DNA of 60,435 nucleotides, the filler included, from Nemertoderma westbladi (lineage: Eukaryota; Animalia; Xenacoelomorpha), in assembly GCA_032718475.1 (NCBI GenBank). It is 4 parts of 4 records of this genome, joined end to end, with 100 filler letters (N's around TTAATTAATTAA, not from the genome) between each part and the next. Parts side by side here need not be neighbours in the genome. Positions count along the whole stretch, not along the records: positions 1 to 16,305 come from JAUCBJ010006615.1; positions 16,406 to 27,500 come from JAUCBJ010002537.1; 2 more parts are not named here. One strand, given 5' to 3'. The notes beneath the pieces are model-generated. The model was not told where the DNA came from. It ran no database searches and worked only from the letters and a program-made list of their open reading frames with translations. The position numbers were made by a program, and so were the translations under genes. Below are positions 12,775 to 25,429 of this stretch, piece after piece; positions within the stretch are counted from its first letter, which is position 1; each line of letters opens with the position of its first letter.

Positions 12775-13416
12775 TTCGGCAGGTGTGAATTCCCCTGTTT
12801 CTACTTGTCATATATTTTCCTTTTAGGGCTGACCTCGTGACGGGTCTATATTCATAAGAAACCGAACACATTCTAATAAGGTAGAGTATCGCTTAAAATG
12901 TTGAATATGAGACTGAGCTCAAGTATAAACATGACATTGGACGCCACAATGAAACCCTTTATATGTCAGATATAGAGTGAGTTGTAATGAAAACGAAGGA
13001 ACACCTGTTCGTTAAACAAAATCCACACATTGAAGTGTAATGCAGTCAGTGCTCTAATAGATAACGACTTTGTGTTTGGAATCGACTGTGAAGAATTATT
13101 AATAAACTGATAAAAATGTTCAACTGAATAATTGAGTTTATCTTGTTTTTCGTATTCATCTAGGTCATCCGGAAATATGACGCGAACAGAAGAACTAGTT
13201 TTCTTCGTAAGACGTGGAGGTGGAGGGGGGTGTAGGAATTAAACTTGGACGGATACATTTAACCTCCGATGGCGGGTCAGCCGGCCTGACTCGGCCAATG
13301 ACATCTATCCATCGCTGTCGTTCTAATGTGTCACCTGGCAACCGGTAAACAGGGACCGATTCATCCTCCTTGGCGTAACTGGAAGAACAGTTTGTTAGGC
13401 AGCACTTCCGAGGCAT
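12775..13416 (-). mobile_element. Decayed THAP-domain (P-element-like) transposase 5' fragment
   Basis: MPRKCCLTNC...VYRLP.D..ERQRWIDVI is a THAP N-terminus. The downstream frame is broken. Confidence 0.65.
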
Positions 13417-14164
13417 ACTGTACTTACAATAAATACACGTTCGTGGGGCCTTCGCGCAGCACGAGGCCCAGTTATGAGATACAAATTAAAATTGTGCGAC
13501 TGTATCACAAAATCAGGTTATGAGAGATTAACCCACACCACCAATTAATCAAAGAAAGGGGGAAAGTACGTGTTCACCCCTTTTAATCTGCACCCCCCCC
13601 CCCCTCCCCCCACCCACCAATACATAACCGCGACATCTACCACCCACGGAAGGGTAGCACGAACTTATTTCCAAACGCACGTTCAATATGCAAAGCCAGG
13701 TGGTTTATAGGAATATAATCAATGCAGTACTCGTCTTCATTATAAGCCTCTTTGTGTTCGACCTGTTTTGTATTAAAATATATTTATTAAACGCAGGCTG
13801 ACGCTCTTTATAATAATAATACCTAGGGATGCAGCTTGGGAAAGGAGCAGGTTACAGTGGCACGTTATTTTAACCAAAACAATAAAGTAAACACAATAGA
13901 ACAGGTTACAGTTTTATTTTTGAGAGTAATCAGCTGTTGTTATTTGCGTCCAATTTCCCCTGGAGAGGGATTAATTTTTATTGCGTCCAGTCCCCCCCCC
14001 CCCCCCCCCCCTATCTTGAAATCAAATACCAAAAATATATTTATTATATGAACAATCTATTTGGAAATTGTAAGTTCGGCCTATCTCTTTACCATAAGCT
14101 CAGTATCTTTATCTGGTGTGTTTTTATTATTTTACCAATTATTTAATACGTTTGATAGAATTGA

Positions 14165-14800
14165 ACAACACCGCCCAACACAACCAACTCTCTATCCGCC
14201 TCGAGCTGTCGAGCATCGAGAATACGAGAAACTCGATCGAAATACCTGCTTATCCCAGTAGTATCCGTCCGTAGTCACCGGACCGCTGCGGTTTACTCCC
14301 GTAGAACAGTAGAATTCCCGCAGCTTTCGACCCAATTCGACAACGAATTCGCTTCACACTTTCACGTCGCAGAGAACGTAATCCAGTGCGATACAAGTAT
14401 GCCCGGCGTTCAACCATTTCCCCCAGGCGATACCAGGATCCGGGCCGCCGCTAAACCCAGATCGCAATCCTCGTCGATTCGTCCAGTCGTCGACGTAAGT
14501 CAGTAAGTGGGACTCTTCCCACCGCACTCCAAGGTGGGTGACCGGAGTGAGGCATGAGGAACTTGGCAGTGGCCCGCATTACGATCTGACCGACCGCCGT
14601 ATTCCCAGTGTCTGAGTGTAGTAAGAATCGAAATAGAATCGTAGTGACAAACAAGCAATTCCGTAGCACTGCGTAGTATTCCCCCGTTAATCACCTCTTG
14701 AAGCAACTCGGCTGCTCGGGTCCAGATACATCGGACTGTCGGGAGCGTTTCAGACAGTAATGGAGCGGCATTTGCGAATATTTCCAATGGTTTTATAATA
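14165..14800 (-). pseudogene. Intronless ALDH3-family (fatty aldehyde dehydrogenase) pseudogene fragment with many small insertions
   Basis: Stitching frames gives [108 protein letters not shown], including the catalytic Glu and Cys motifs. Confidence 0.9.
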
Positions 14801-16305
14801 AATAGGGGATTCAACAGTTCAATGCTAAAACAAATGGATTATTCCTAACCCCACCCCAATACAGCAATATACCTAACAGTATATAGCTTAGGTACCACAG
14901 TCTGACAGTACCATAATCAGCACAGTCAGCCTACGCTAATTTCACAGCAAAGTCCTTGTCATGGCCTGTGTGTAGTAGGCCATGGGTGGTACCTACGGTG
15001 CGCACTACAACGGCAGTACAGCAATACGGTGTACCGTGCCAATGACTGAATGATTAGCGGTAACTATCTAAACTATTATATTATTATTACCGGTGCCGGT
15101 ACTGGGCTAATTAGGCCTAAACTATAATCACCGCAAGGGTTCCGGGGCCATGTTTAATTAGATTACATGATATGGCATGTCTGCAGTGTATGGTACCGGC
15201 TGACCAGTATTGCAGTATTGACTGATTGCAGGATTCGAGGTAGAATTATATGTCAGATGCCGTCCAATCCGATCCGATCCGATGCAATTCAGCAATTATT
15301 CTAGCTACAACTGTCAGACTGCAGACTGTACAAGCCTAGCTGCTTAGGCCTACTTCTGTTTTGCCTATCACAGTTTCTCTAACGCAATATCCCTTTAATT
15401 GAATATCAGAATATTCCACCTATCTTTGCGGTGTTTTATTTAATTAATATAGGGCATAATAAATTAGTAGAGGAGCTAGATCTGAAAACTGATTATACCG
15501 CGGTTATACGGCGCCTACACTTTTCTTTACTGCAATGAAAGCCGGTGTATAGCTATATAGTACCCGGCTGCGTAGGGTTCCAGGACGAAGGTCAGAAAAA
15601 AAGCACTACTGTATGGTCATTTTTCGACCGTCGACACAAAGCCGCTACGAAGTTATTATGGGACAGGATGGTGATGCTCGGTAGACAGTGGCGGTTCTAG
15701 GGGGGGGGGGCAAGGGGGCATCTGCCCCTCCGCAGGTATCTTGGGGGGGGGGGGGCTTGCCCCCTCCCTAGCGAAAGGTAATGTGGTAAATCCGTACCAG
15801 TGGGTACCGACTTGCTCGAAAACAGACCTCTCTGGGAAAAGACTTCTATTTTTTTTCAAAATTTAGTTACTACCCGGAGATATCCATTATAAAACACTCT
15901 GATATTTTTGTAAAATTCTGGAACTTTGGGAATTCGGGAAAAAATCGGGAAATTTTCTTCAAAGTTTTCTTCTTCGAACTGTAGCTTGTTTCCGAAACGT
16001 GCAGTGGCGTGCAGAAGGGGGGGGGGGGGCACCTTCCAAGGGGCGCCAAAATTTGAGCAGTAGTGGCATCATAGCCAGCTGATAGTATAATGGTGGTTCC
16101 AAGTTTAGCTTATTGATGCTAGACATTTAGCCCATCCAACATACAAACATAGTAGTTTGGTTCTGTATTGGTTGCATAGCCTTTCAGCACTGCCCACATT
16201 GCACATGTGAAGGTGTCACAGGTGAGAAGGTAGATGTCTCCTGCGATTGGTCCATGGTATGGTCACTGGAAATATCTCCATTGGTAAGTTCAGTGGCTTT
16301 GTGGT

Positions 16306-16405
16306 NNNNNNNNNNNNNNNNNNNNNNNNNNNNNNNNNNNNNNNNNNNNTTAATTAATTAANNNNNNNNNNNNNNNNNNNNNNNNNNNNNNNNNNNNNNN
16401 NNNNN
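16306..16405. other. Artificial assembly gap/linker
   Basis: 100 bp of Ns with a central TTAATTAATTAA (stops in all six frames), identical at all three gaps. Confidence 0.97.
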
Positions 16406-18745
16406 ATCGGTGTGTCTGTTGTTCTGTTGTGTCCAATTTCGAATTTAACTCAGCCAATCACTACTAGCAATCACAATCACCAATAACTCAGCACCTTCTC
16501 TCCACACCCTATACTTCCAGCTCTTCCATTCCATTGCGTGGTTGCTATTGCCTAGCTGGCAATTCTGCCTGTTATCAATCCTCTGTGCGCCTTTGGGTTG
16601 GGGTGGTGCAGATTAATTAAGAGGGTGTTGAAGGGGAGAAACTTTCCCATCTTCTTTACGCCTACTCAATGTATATTTATGTCTAGACCTTAACACTTTA
16701 CAATAAATTTGTGTACAGCACAAAAAAATAAATTATTTAATCTTAACTAACATAGTACTACAATTTAACGTTTGTATTAGCATAATAATTATTTTCCTCG
16801 CCTGCATAAACTTTGAAGTTGATTTAAAATATCAATATTATCTTTATATTATTAATAAAATGCCCTATGTACTTATAATGTGTAGCTGTTTCGAAATTGT
16901 TACCATTCATTAATACAACAATTACTACCGGTACTTTTAGCGACCTCGAATAAAAAAACATAAATTTAGACTATTATTAGTTTATTAATTTATAATTAAT
17001 TTGAATCATTATTCTAATCATACCATAATAATTGCATTTGACATTAGACCAACATCATCTGCATAATAGTTTATTCAGATATCTAACCCCATTTATTGTA
17101 AATCCAACACTTTTCTCTATATGTCTGATATGATTAACTCAATAATTTTGGGTTGGAGTATACCACCCAAAATGGATCAGTTCCGTTATAGCCATTTGTC
17201 GTAAGTTATAAGTCAAAATAAAATATTGAATAGATTGGTTTCAACGGGAGTCGTAAGTTACAACCCATGAGTCGAAAGTGATTATGTCACATGTTCCATC
17301 TATTGACTTATGCCAGATTGGAGGCCTTTGATTGGTTTTTTTGTCTCATATTTGTAAACAAATGAGTTATCAGTGAAGCACGGGAGCTATAGATTTGACA
17401 TCAGAAATCTGAAACGACTGATGACTTAGTTACAGACTAACGAATGACTAACTAGCGCGTACATGGACTGTGATCTGTAGGCTACCAAAAGCACGATTAT
17501 GGACACAAAAAATTGGCACCTTCATATTAATTAAATTATAAAACAATATGTAATGGTTCTCCACGCTCACGATGGGAAATCCCTTAGACGATTACACTGA
17601 ACACATTAACAGGACCGTTTAATTAATTGAGTTGAGACAAATTAATTGAGAGTCTAAACTCACAATTATGCTTTATGAGTTATTTTTAAAACTGAAATTA
17701 CTAATTCTAATACTGTATACTACCGTATATTACAGCTACCAGTTCGCCACTATAGTTTGTTAAGAAAGTCTTGTTGCATCATCATTTTATTTATCAAGGC
17801 ACAAAGTGGCAATCCGTGTAATTAAGAAAATTGGCAAAATTAATCGCTAAAAGTTAAACCATCGTGAGTAATAAGTGCGGGAGGGGGTGACCATGCCCCT
17901 TAGCATAATTTTATTACACCGTCAAACCGAACAGTACATACACTATACCGTGAAGCAGTGCACATTAACTTTTACAACCCCCCCCCCCCCCCCCCCCCCT
18001 AATAAGGTTTACCATACAATATGACCCCCACCAAAAATAAGAAGTACCGAAAATAATAGCTAACTCAAATAAAATTAATATGTGTCTTAAAGAATTAACA
18101 GTGATATGTATGTCCGATATCCTATGCTAATTAATAGTTTGTATCCCTAGATGTATGACTGGGCTGGATTAGTGCAGCAATTATAATATATTTTGGGTCA
18201 AAACCAACATTTTAGAACATGAAGTAGAAATACGAAAAGATCAAGATTCCTCATAATTAGCACAAGATTGTTTGAAATGACACATCTGATGATGGTGAGA
18301 AATTGGTAGGCCTCTAAAATGTTACCTTGTTTGTGTTGCCGTATTTGAAATACATAATGTACTAACGGACGCACGTAGGATAGTAAGCATAACAAAATAT
18401 CCACAATATTCCCTTTTGTGATGAGAATCCAGACTTTCAGTGCTCCAGCCCGTTTGGTTTTCCATCAAATTGCACTTATTTTTACAAATAGTTACTAAAT
18501 AGCAAAACCATAGTTATCCAATATGGCTATTGGTCTAAACATTTATAAAATTAAGTTTCAATATTAGTTTACTATTACAGAATTGTACGAATATTATTTA
18601 TGATACGGTTAATTACTGGCGTTGAAATTACGTATAATAGAAGTGAATGTAGAAATATTCTAGAACTGCAATTACTATAGAATCTATTCATCAGGACGGT
18701 TTTGAATGTCATTTTATTTATTTACATGAAATCTAGCATGGAATA

Positions 18746-20130
18746 CAGTCATTGGTCCATATAAGAGACAGGTTTTGAACTTCGTTGGGTTCTGTGTAAA
18801 AATGTAAACACTGGACTTCCTCAGAAATTATGTAATAAGGGGTTTCCCGGGGCGTAGAATCCATTTTTCCGGGTCTCGAAAGTTGATTTCGCCTAGCAGT
18901 TGCTGATTTTTGAAGAAATGTTGCATGTCTCAAATTTGGCATCGATTCCCTAATGTGAGACAAGAAATTCAATTGTAATTTTTTTTAATAACTAACATGA
19001 AATAACATCATAAATATTACGGAGAATCTTGTTAGGTTCTTACAGCCTTTATTTGAGACAAAAGATCTGTCCAGTCTTTAAAGACTGGACCGTGAGATGG
19101 CCTTGTAATGCTATTCTATAGGAATGGCCACCTAACAAGGAAATGCTTTCTGTGCCAAGTATTATCCTCACTCTACAACTCAGATAGTAAGCAAACATAA
19201 GCTGTGGGCTTCTAATGTATTACATCATAAGCTGATTGCTCTCCCAATAGCCCTCACACACTCACTGAATCGAATGTAATCGAATATCTATTAGCTTAAT
19301 GCGAATAGCTGGTAAGCTGAATGCCATTTTAGTTATTGTGTACTGTTGATTGCAGAGTTGACTGCTATGTTGTATGTATTTAATTAAAATAATTTTCGTA
19401 GAGGGAAGTTAATTTGGGATTACTCTCAATCATATGGAAGCAAAGCTGTTCAATGGGGTGGGTCATGGGACCCAAATATAGTACATTATGCATGGCAAAC
19501 ATTAATAAAATCATTCAGTCAACCTGAAGGGTATTTGCTTTAGTTAACTATTGTGTGAAAAGAGTGTGACTTTCGGAAAGAAGTCAGATGCAATTATAAT
19601 GTATGTGTATAGGGGGCCTATGGTTTCTATACTTCAGATACTTAGATACAAAGGCCTAGCCTTGTCTTTTGATTTGTCGAGTAGATTTGTCTCTTGTTAT
19701 GGTTATAATTTCCTTGTCTCAAATTAGGGGAAATTCATGGAAACCGATACCATATTAAAGACAGTAGTCAAATGTAAAACTATGAAATCTTTACCACATA
19801 AAAATAGTTTTATATAAAAATATAGCCTTTTTACTATAAAATGTCATAATTTCGAGAATCAGGTCAAAGTGGAATGCAAAAATCTCATATCGATTTTAAA
19901 ACCTTAAAATTTATGAAAAAAAGCTTCGATTTTTGACGGGCCGCTAGAATATTATAAGTATATCCAATCCGGTTGAATTATACCTAACGATGTACAGGAA
20001 TGGTTACAGATCATTATTCGAATTAGTTTTAAGTAGGTTTCTGTAATTATTTGGCTATAGGAGCCCCTTGAAGTTGATATTGAATTTGTCTCACGTTTGG
20101 GTCCATGTCTCAAATTAGGCAGAATGACTG
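18746..20130. mobile_element. Non-autonomous Tc1/pogo-like element
   Basis: TA-CAGTCATT...AATGACTG-TA ends, with a recurring internal TGTCTCAAATT motif. Confidence 0.65.
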
Positions 20131-20159
20131 TACCAACATTCCATCCTAGAATTCGTATT

Positions 20160-20405
20160 ATTAGGTCCTCGTAGCGAGACCTCTAGTATTCACTCCGTTG
20201 TTGTTGTTGGTGTTGTTAATTTCTCGTCAGGTTTTGGTATTAAGGCTTCATACGGCCCCAGTACCTCAGTTGGTAGAGCGTGAGACTTGGAATCTCTAGG
20301 TACCGAGTTCAATCCCCTCATTCCGGTGAATGTTGTTTGTTGTAAGATTGGTAGTAAGCAATTCAAGGAGACAGTTCATGCGTTAGTAGACGCGGACCTT
20401 TAATA
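20160..20405 (+). mobile_element. Helentron-associated (HINE/DINE-like) short element containing a tRNA-like sequence at about 20253-20327
   Basis: Subterminal inverted repeats AGGTCCTCG / CGCGGACCT, a (GTT)n microsatellite near the 5' end, a 3' hairpin GCGT..ACGC and T-rich flanks. The interior CTCAGTTGGTAGAGC..GAGTTCAATCCC is tRNA-like. Confidence 0.5.
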
Positions 20406-20569
20406 ATATAAAGACGATTGTTGAAATTCATTACTTTACGACGAACGAGGTTTATTATTAAATAAAGGGATCGTCACTCGAACAGCTCATTACAGTGGCG
20501 TTTTCCGGATGCAGATGCTCTGCTTCCGGAGTCTGACTTGATAGAAGCCATGTTAAGACACATCATCCT

Positions 20570-20935
20570 TCTTATGCCCATACGATCACACATTTCCTGG
20601 GCACTGTCGAAGTTAACTGTCCAAATTATGGTGTTTTTGGAGTTAATAAAAAGACCAACACTAGAAGTTGGGCTCCCTCTAGTGATTCTGAGAGTACTCC
20701 TAAGTCATCAGCAAAGTCTAGATCAGTTAGGTACTTGTCAGGATTTCCTCGACTTCTGGAGCCAGTAGGTGTTACCATCACCCCATCTTCATTATGATCT
20801 AAGTTCATTCGTAAGACATAGTCAACCACAATTATGAATAAGTCTGAAGTATGAATAAGTGTCACCCTGGAGGACTCCTATTAAAACTTCGAATGGACCT
20901 GAGTCACCATCAACAGGAGACACAAGCGCTGGTCA
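20570..20935 (-). mobile_element. RTE-clade LINE fragment
   Basis: GVLQGDT..FIIVVDYVLR...LTDLDFADDL; same family as 28240-29610. Confidence 0.85.
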
Positions 20936-20973
20936 TAAGGCCGAAAATTCATATTCACACAATTAATTATGTA

Positions 20974-21294
20974 CTCTGGGGTCCCGAATAGACGGGGTGG
21001 GTGGAATAAACGGGGCGGGTGAAATTTTTTTAGGCCTACTTACTTAACATACAGTATAGGCGTACAGGCACAGTAGTACCTACGGCTACCGGTGGTATAC
21101 TCGGTACACGGTTTTTGTTTTCTTTCACTTTCAACTCTCAATTATTATGAGAACAAACGTTTATTTGCTCATAATAAAAAATGTACTACATTTTCTAGAA
21201 AAAATGAATAGTGTCTGGAATAAGGGAATTCTGGGTAGAGTTTTTTTTCAAAAATTAACAGGCCGTGTCGCCCCGTTTATTCGGGACTCCGGAG
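20974..21294. mobile_element. TA-flanked MITE (pogo/Tigger-like)
   Basis: TA-CTCTGGGGTCCCGAATAGACGGGG ... CCCCGTTTATTCGGGACTCCGGAG-TA. Confidence 0.8.
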
Positions 21295-22010
21295 TAAATA
21301 GTTATTTAAAAATTTTTTAAATAAAATTTTTATCTTGTTGTTGTCAAAGGTACACCATGTCCTGGAATATAGTGTCGTTATTCCGGGACCGAAATTCCGG
21401 AAAACACAGGAAACCACGCATAGGCCTAAACATCCACAACATAAACAACACCAACACCCATTCAAGATTAAAACACTCGCAAAATGAAAAAATTGGGCAG
21501 ACCGTAAGCTGACATTAATACAAATAACATTAATACACCACATGCGACCCACAATGGACACACAGTATGCTCTACAGTATAATACGGGATGGTAAGATTA
21601 TAAGGTGGGGGGGGGGGGGGGGGGGGGGGTGTTAGTATTGAAAATAATTTTGCATTTTTGATATTCCTTCAATTCGGTCTCATTATTTCTTCATCAATTC
21701 CTTTATACAGTAGTTTAGTGATTAAAAGTAGTGTTTGTGATTAAAATCCAACTTAAAATCCAGCTCTGTGAGTTGAGATACCGTTTAAGAATGAAAATAA
21801 TTTCAAATTATTTAATAACTAGTTTATTATACCTACTGAAAACTAATTATATACACAATGTACCGGTACTGCTTCACTCTCAGTATTCCGTTATAGGAAT
21901 CAGACCCGTCAGAGTTCGAAGAATGTAGTCAGTTTTAGAATACCGGTACGATTGTTATTTCGGCTTCAGCGATGGATTATTTACAACAAATATATTGATA
22001 TTTTAAGAAA

Positions 22011-24688
22011 CTAGTAAAGTTGTATGATGTCGTTTTTATCAGGATCATTTAATATCTTAAGTTTCTTGGATGAAACTTCATCCTCATCCAAAGTTTTCCG
22101 TTTAAGGGAAACATCGGAAGACGAACACTGTAGAAGGTCAGCAGAACGGACATCGACGGACAAAGAAACCGACAGATTGTTCGCTGGTTTCGCGGTTTCT
22201 TCCATGAATTTACCGTCTTTAATCAAATCAAAGAGTTTCATCTCCTCGCGGTCGTCCACAATGTCGGGAGCGTCGAAGACGTTGACGATGAGTTGGAAAA
22301 CCTGGAGGAAATCATCGACGAGTAACCGACTCCCGGAACGGACGCCCACCTCGGACAGTGTCCGGGCCCAGGTGTCCGGACCCGTCTCCCCCGGTTCGCT
22401 GGATATCAGCACCGTACCCAGTCCGTCCTCCAACTCAACGTCCGGCGCCACCATGGCCAGTCCGTCTCGCAGGACGAGGTCGTTGACCTGTCGTAGAGTG
22501 AATGTCCGCAGGTTGCATCTGGGGAGAAAAATTACACCAAATAAACGTAACAAACAATTCAATTCCAATATAACGGAGGGATCCAGGTGGGATCGAACTG
22601 GTGACTTCCAGGTTACGACTTAAGATACCGCATACCTATTTAACAAATTGCCGAAAACCTTTTGCATTATTTCAATATTCAACATTCTAATATAATTATT
22701 ATTTTGGTTAACTATTTCCGTACCAGAGTTAAACGTAGTTTTAGTTAATCGGCTCAAAGAATGTTCTCTTACCGTCGCATAGATTTATATAAAATGGCAA
22801 ACTATGACATTACTACCATCTTTATCTTTTACACTCAAAGGCGTCACTTATTACCACCAAAGGCGGCACACTGCCGCCTTAGATTGTCTTTCCCTATAAA
22901 AGTAAAATTCCCTCTCTCTCTGTCGCTCCTGTTGTGTTCAAACTCCACCAAAACAGACGGAGGGATTGCGCTGGGACTCGGAATGTGAGTATAACTTTAA
23001 GGAGCAGTCATCAAAGGCCACTTTTCGAAAAGTTTAATTCACGTTCGGTACCGGTACCGGTTATTGCCGGTTTTTGGCGGAACCTGTACCGCCCCGGTTT
23101 TTTTGAATTACTTTACACGTACACATTAATGGTACTGCATTCTGCATTAGGTAGACCTAGCGATACAATTATCGGGAAATACCAGATAACCCGCCTCAGG
23201 TATTGCCAGCTAGTAATCAATAAAAACGTATGTAATTTAAATTTTCTTCCAGAAATATCAAATTACTTTTCTATAGGGCAGTTTTCATTCCCAGAACGAA
23301 TATAAACGTTATTAAAACTAAAATTTAAAAGTTATTTTTATAACAATGTTATAGAAAAATAAATATAAATAAATAACACACCTCAAGGTGACGGTGGGTT
23401 TCTCGGAACAGACATAGCACTTGGGATTGGGTGGGTAGAGAGGGGATGCGGTTAGTAGCCGCATCCCTCTACGGGAATCCCCCAAGGGATTCCGCGAGAG
23501 ATTCACGTTGTTGCACCGCTCCGAACGTCCGCTCACCAGTTTAATCGCCTCGAGGGCGATAACCCCGGCGACGACCGCGTTGCTAGTGGCGACCGCCGGG
23601 ACGATGTTGCCCGCCATCGATTTGGTCTGGAAACGCGATTTATTCGCGATCCCGAAGGCGTAACAACGGAGATTAGCGGCGGCGGCGACGAAATCCATGG
23701 CGGATTCGTCGTCTTTATCCCAAACCAGTTCGGATTCCGCCGAGGAATTAATCCTCGAACTGAGTTCCCGGACGCCAGCGAGGAAAACACGACGGCATTG
23801 CGTGAGCGACCACACCCGGTCATCGTCCGGAATGTCCGGACTGTCCGGAATATCGGAGCCAATAGGGACGGGAGGAGTTCGTTTCTTCCACAAGTTACCC
23901 ATCGACAGTAAATACTCGATATCTTCGTGGAATAGTTTGTTGAAGATCATTTCTGGATCGTAGTTATTAGTTCGGGCCCATTCTCTGGTGGAACGGCGGC
24001 TTGGTATAGCGTCTGTGGTGATGTCACCAGCGGCACCAGGAGTTGAACCCGCGACCTCGGGGTCAGCGGTGTCCGGAGATACTTCGTTGTCTTCGTCGAC
24101 TTCCCCAAACAGTTGGTTGAACAGATGTTTAGCCCAGACTATGCAGTGGATTGGTTCGGAGGGGGTGTTTCTAATAGTGCATCCGGGGTAGCTTCGAACC
24201 GGAGCTTTCGGATTGCACTCGTAACACTCCGATTGGCCCTTGACGATGACCTGAACCTGTCCGATGAACCCCGAGGTTCCGCTCTCCACCAAAGGAACTC
24301 CCGCCGCCAGACACAGTCGGTTCACGTGGAACCTCGCGACACGGTTGTCAAGGGCGTTAAGGACAACGTCGAACTGTTTGAAGAACTCCTGGGTGTATTT
24401 CTTGTTGGTGATGGAGTCGTGGTAGGCCGTTATCTTTGAGGACGGATTGAACCGAAGCGCGGATGATTTTGCCACGTGAGCTTTCGGTTGTCCCACATGC
24501 TGCTTCTGGAAGAGGAACTGTCTATTGAGGTTGCTCAGCTCAATGGTATCCAAGTCGAATAGATGGATGTCTTGGAAACCGACGAGAACTAGGTTCTTTA
24601 GAAGTTCGCAACCGATGCCCCCCGCTCCAACTACCAACACTTTAGCTTTGATAACATCTCCCTTCAAACCGAGAAGAGCCGTTGCCAT
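22011..24688 (-). CDS. UBA2: SUMO-activating enzyme subunit 2; exons 24688-23382 and 22518-22011, 604 aa
   Basis: VLVVGAGGIGCELLKNL, SNLNRQFLF, CYEC, catalytic PGCTIRNTP, AGNIVPAVATSNA, PNPKCYVC and a C-terminal UFD (LVDDFLQ). The GT..AG intron 23381-22519 preserves frame. Confidence 0.96.
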
Positions 24689-25429
24689 TTTGTTGATTTT
24701 TATATATTCTGATGTTGGTTTGATATTATAGGCCTACCCTTTACAGCTTTAGGCCTATATCTGTATATGCATGCATAGATAGACTACCGGTATATATTAC
24801 CGGTACAGGGCTGCAGGGTAGCGGTAGTCAGCCGGGGTAACTTCAGACGGTTTTAGCTACAAGCTATGTCCGGGTATGTATAATATTATTAATTGTTATT
24901 AAATTACTCGACAAATTAAAAAAAAATAAACTGGAAGAGGGGTACGGATCTACCAGTATTTAGCAAACACCAAATTTATTTTTAGCTGTATTTTTAATTA
25001 TTAATTATATTAATTATGTCATAAATTATTAGTACATTGTATTTCTCCCTTCTCCCATAAAGATGTCATTTGGTTGAATTTTGATGTATAATAAAGGAGC
25101 TACAGAAACACAGTCTAAAAAATTTGTAGCTGGTAGGCGTGGGATGCGGTCTGCTGGCAAACACTTTATTAGAGGCAACAAACAAAGCACCGGCACTTAA
25201 ACCCATTCTGTTCTCATATACTGGTACTGGTACTGATGTTGGATACATTATCAAAAGTTTCACTTTCTGACTTAGGCAAACCATGGCCATGGGCCAACTA
25301 TGTACACGGTACTGTTTTGTGATCGTTGCTAGGTAACAATAATAACAAATAACAATTATCTCAAAGAGTTTAAATAATCTTACTTCTTTTTGGTTCTCTG
25401 TTACGGTAGATAGCTTAGCTGCTATCAAA

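Noticed and set aside
16350-16361. TTAATTAATTAA as a biological motif
   Set aside because: It sits in the centre of N runs at all three gaps, so it is an assembly linker.
20253-20327. Functional tRNA-Pro gene
   Set aside because: The acceptor and T stems pair poorly, the body does not match the anticodon, and it is embedded in a repeat.
22024-24439. Plus-strand and alternate-frame ORFs over UBA2
   Set aside because: They are shadows of a GC-rich real CDS.
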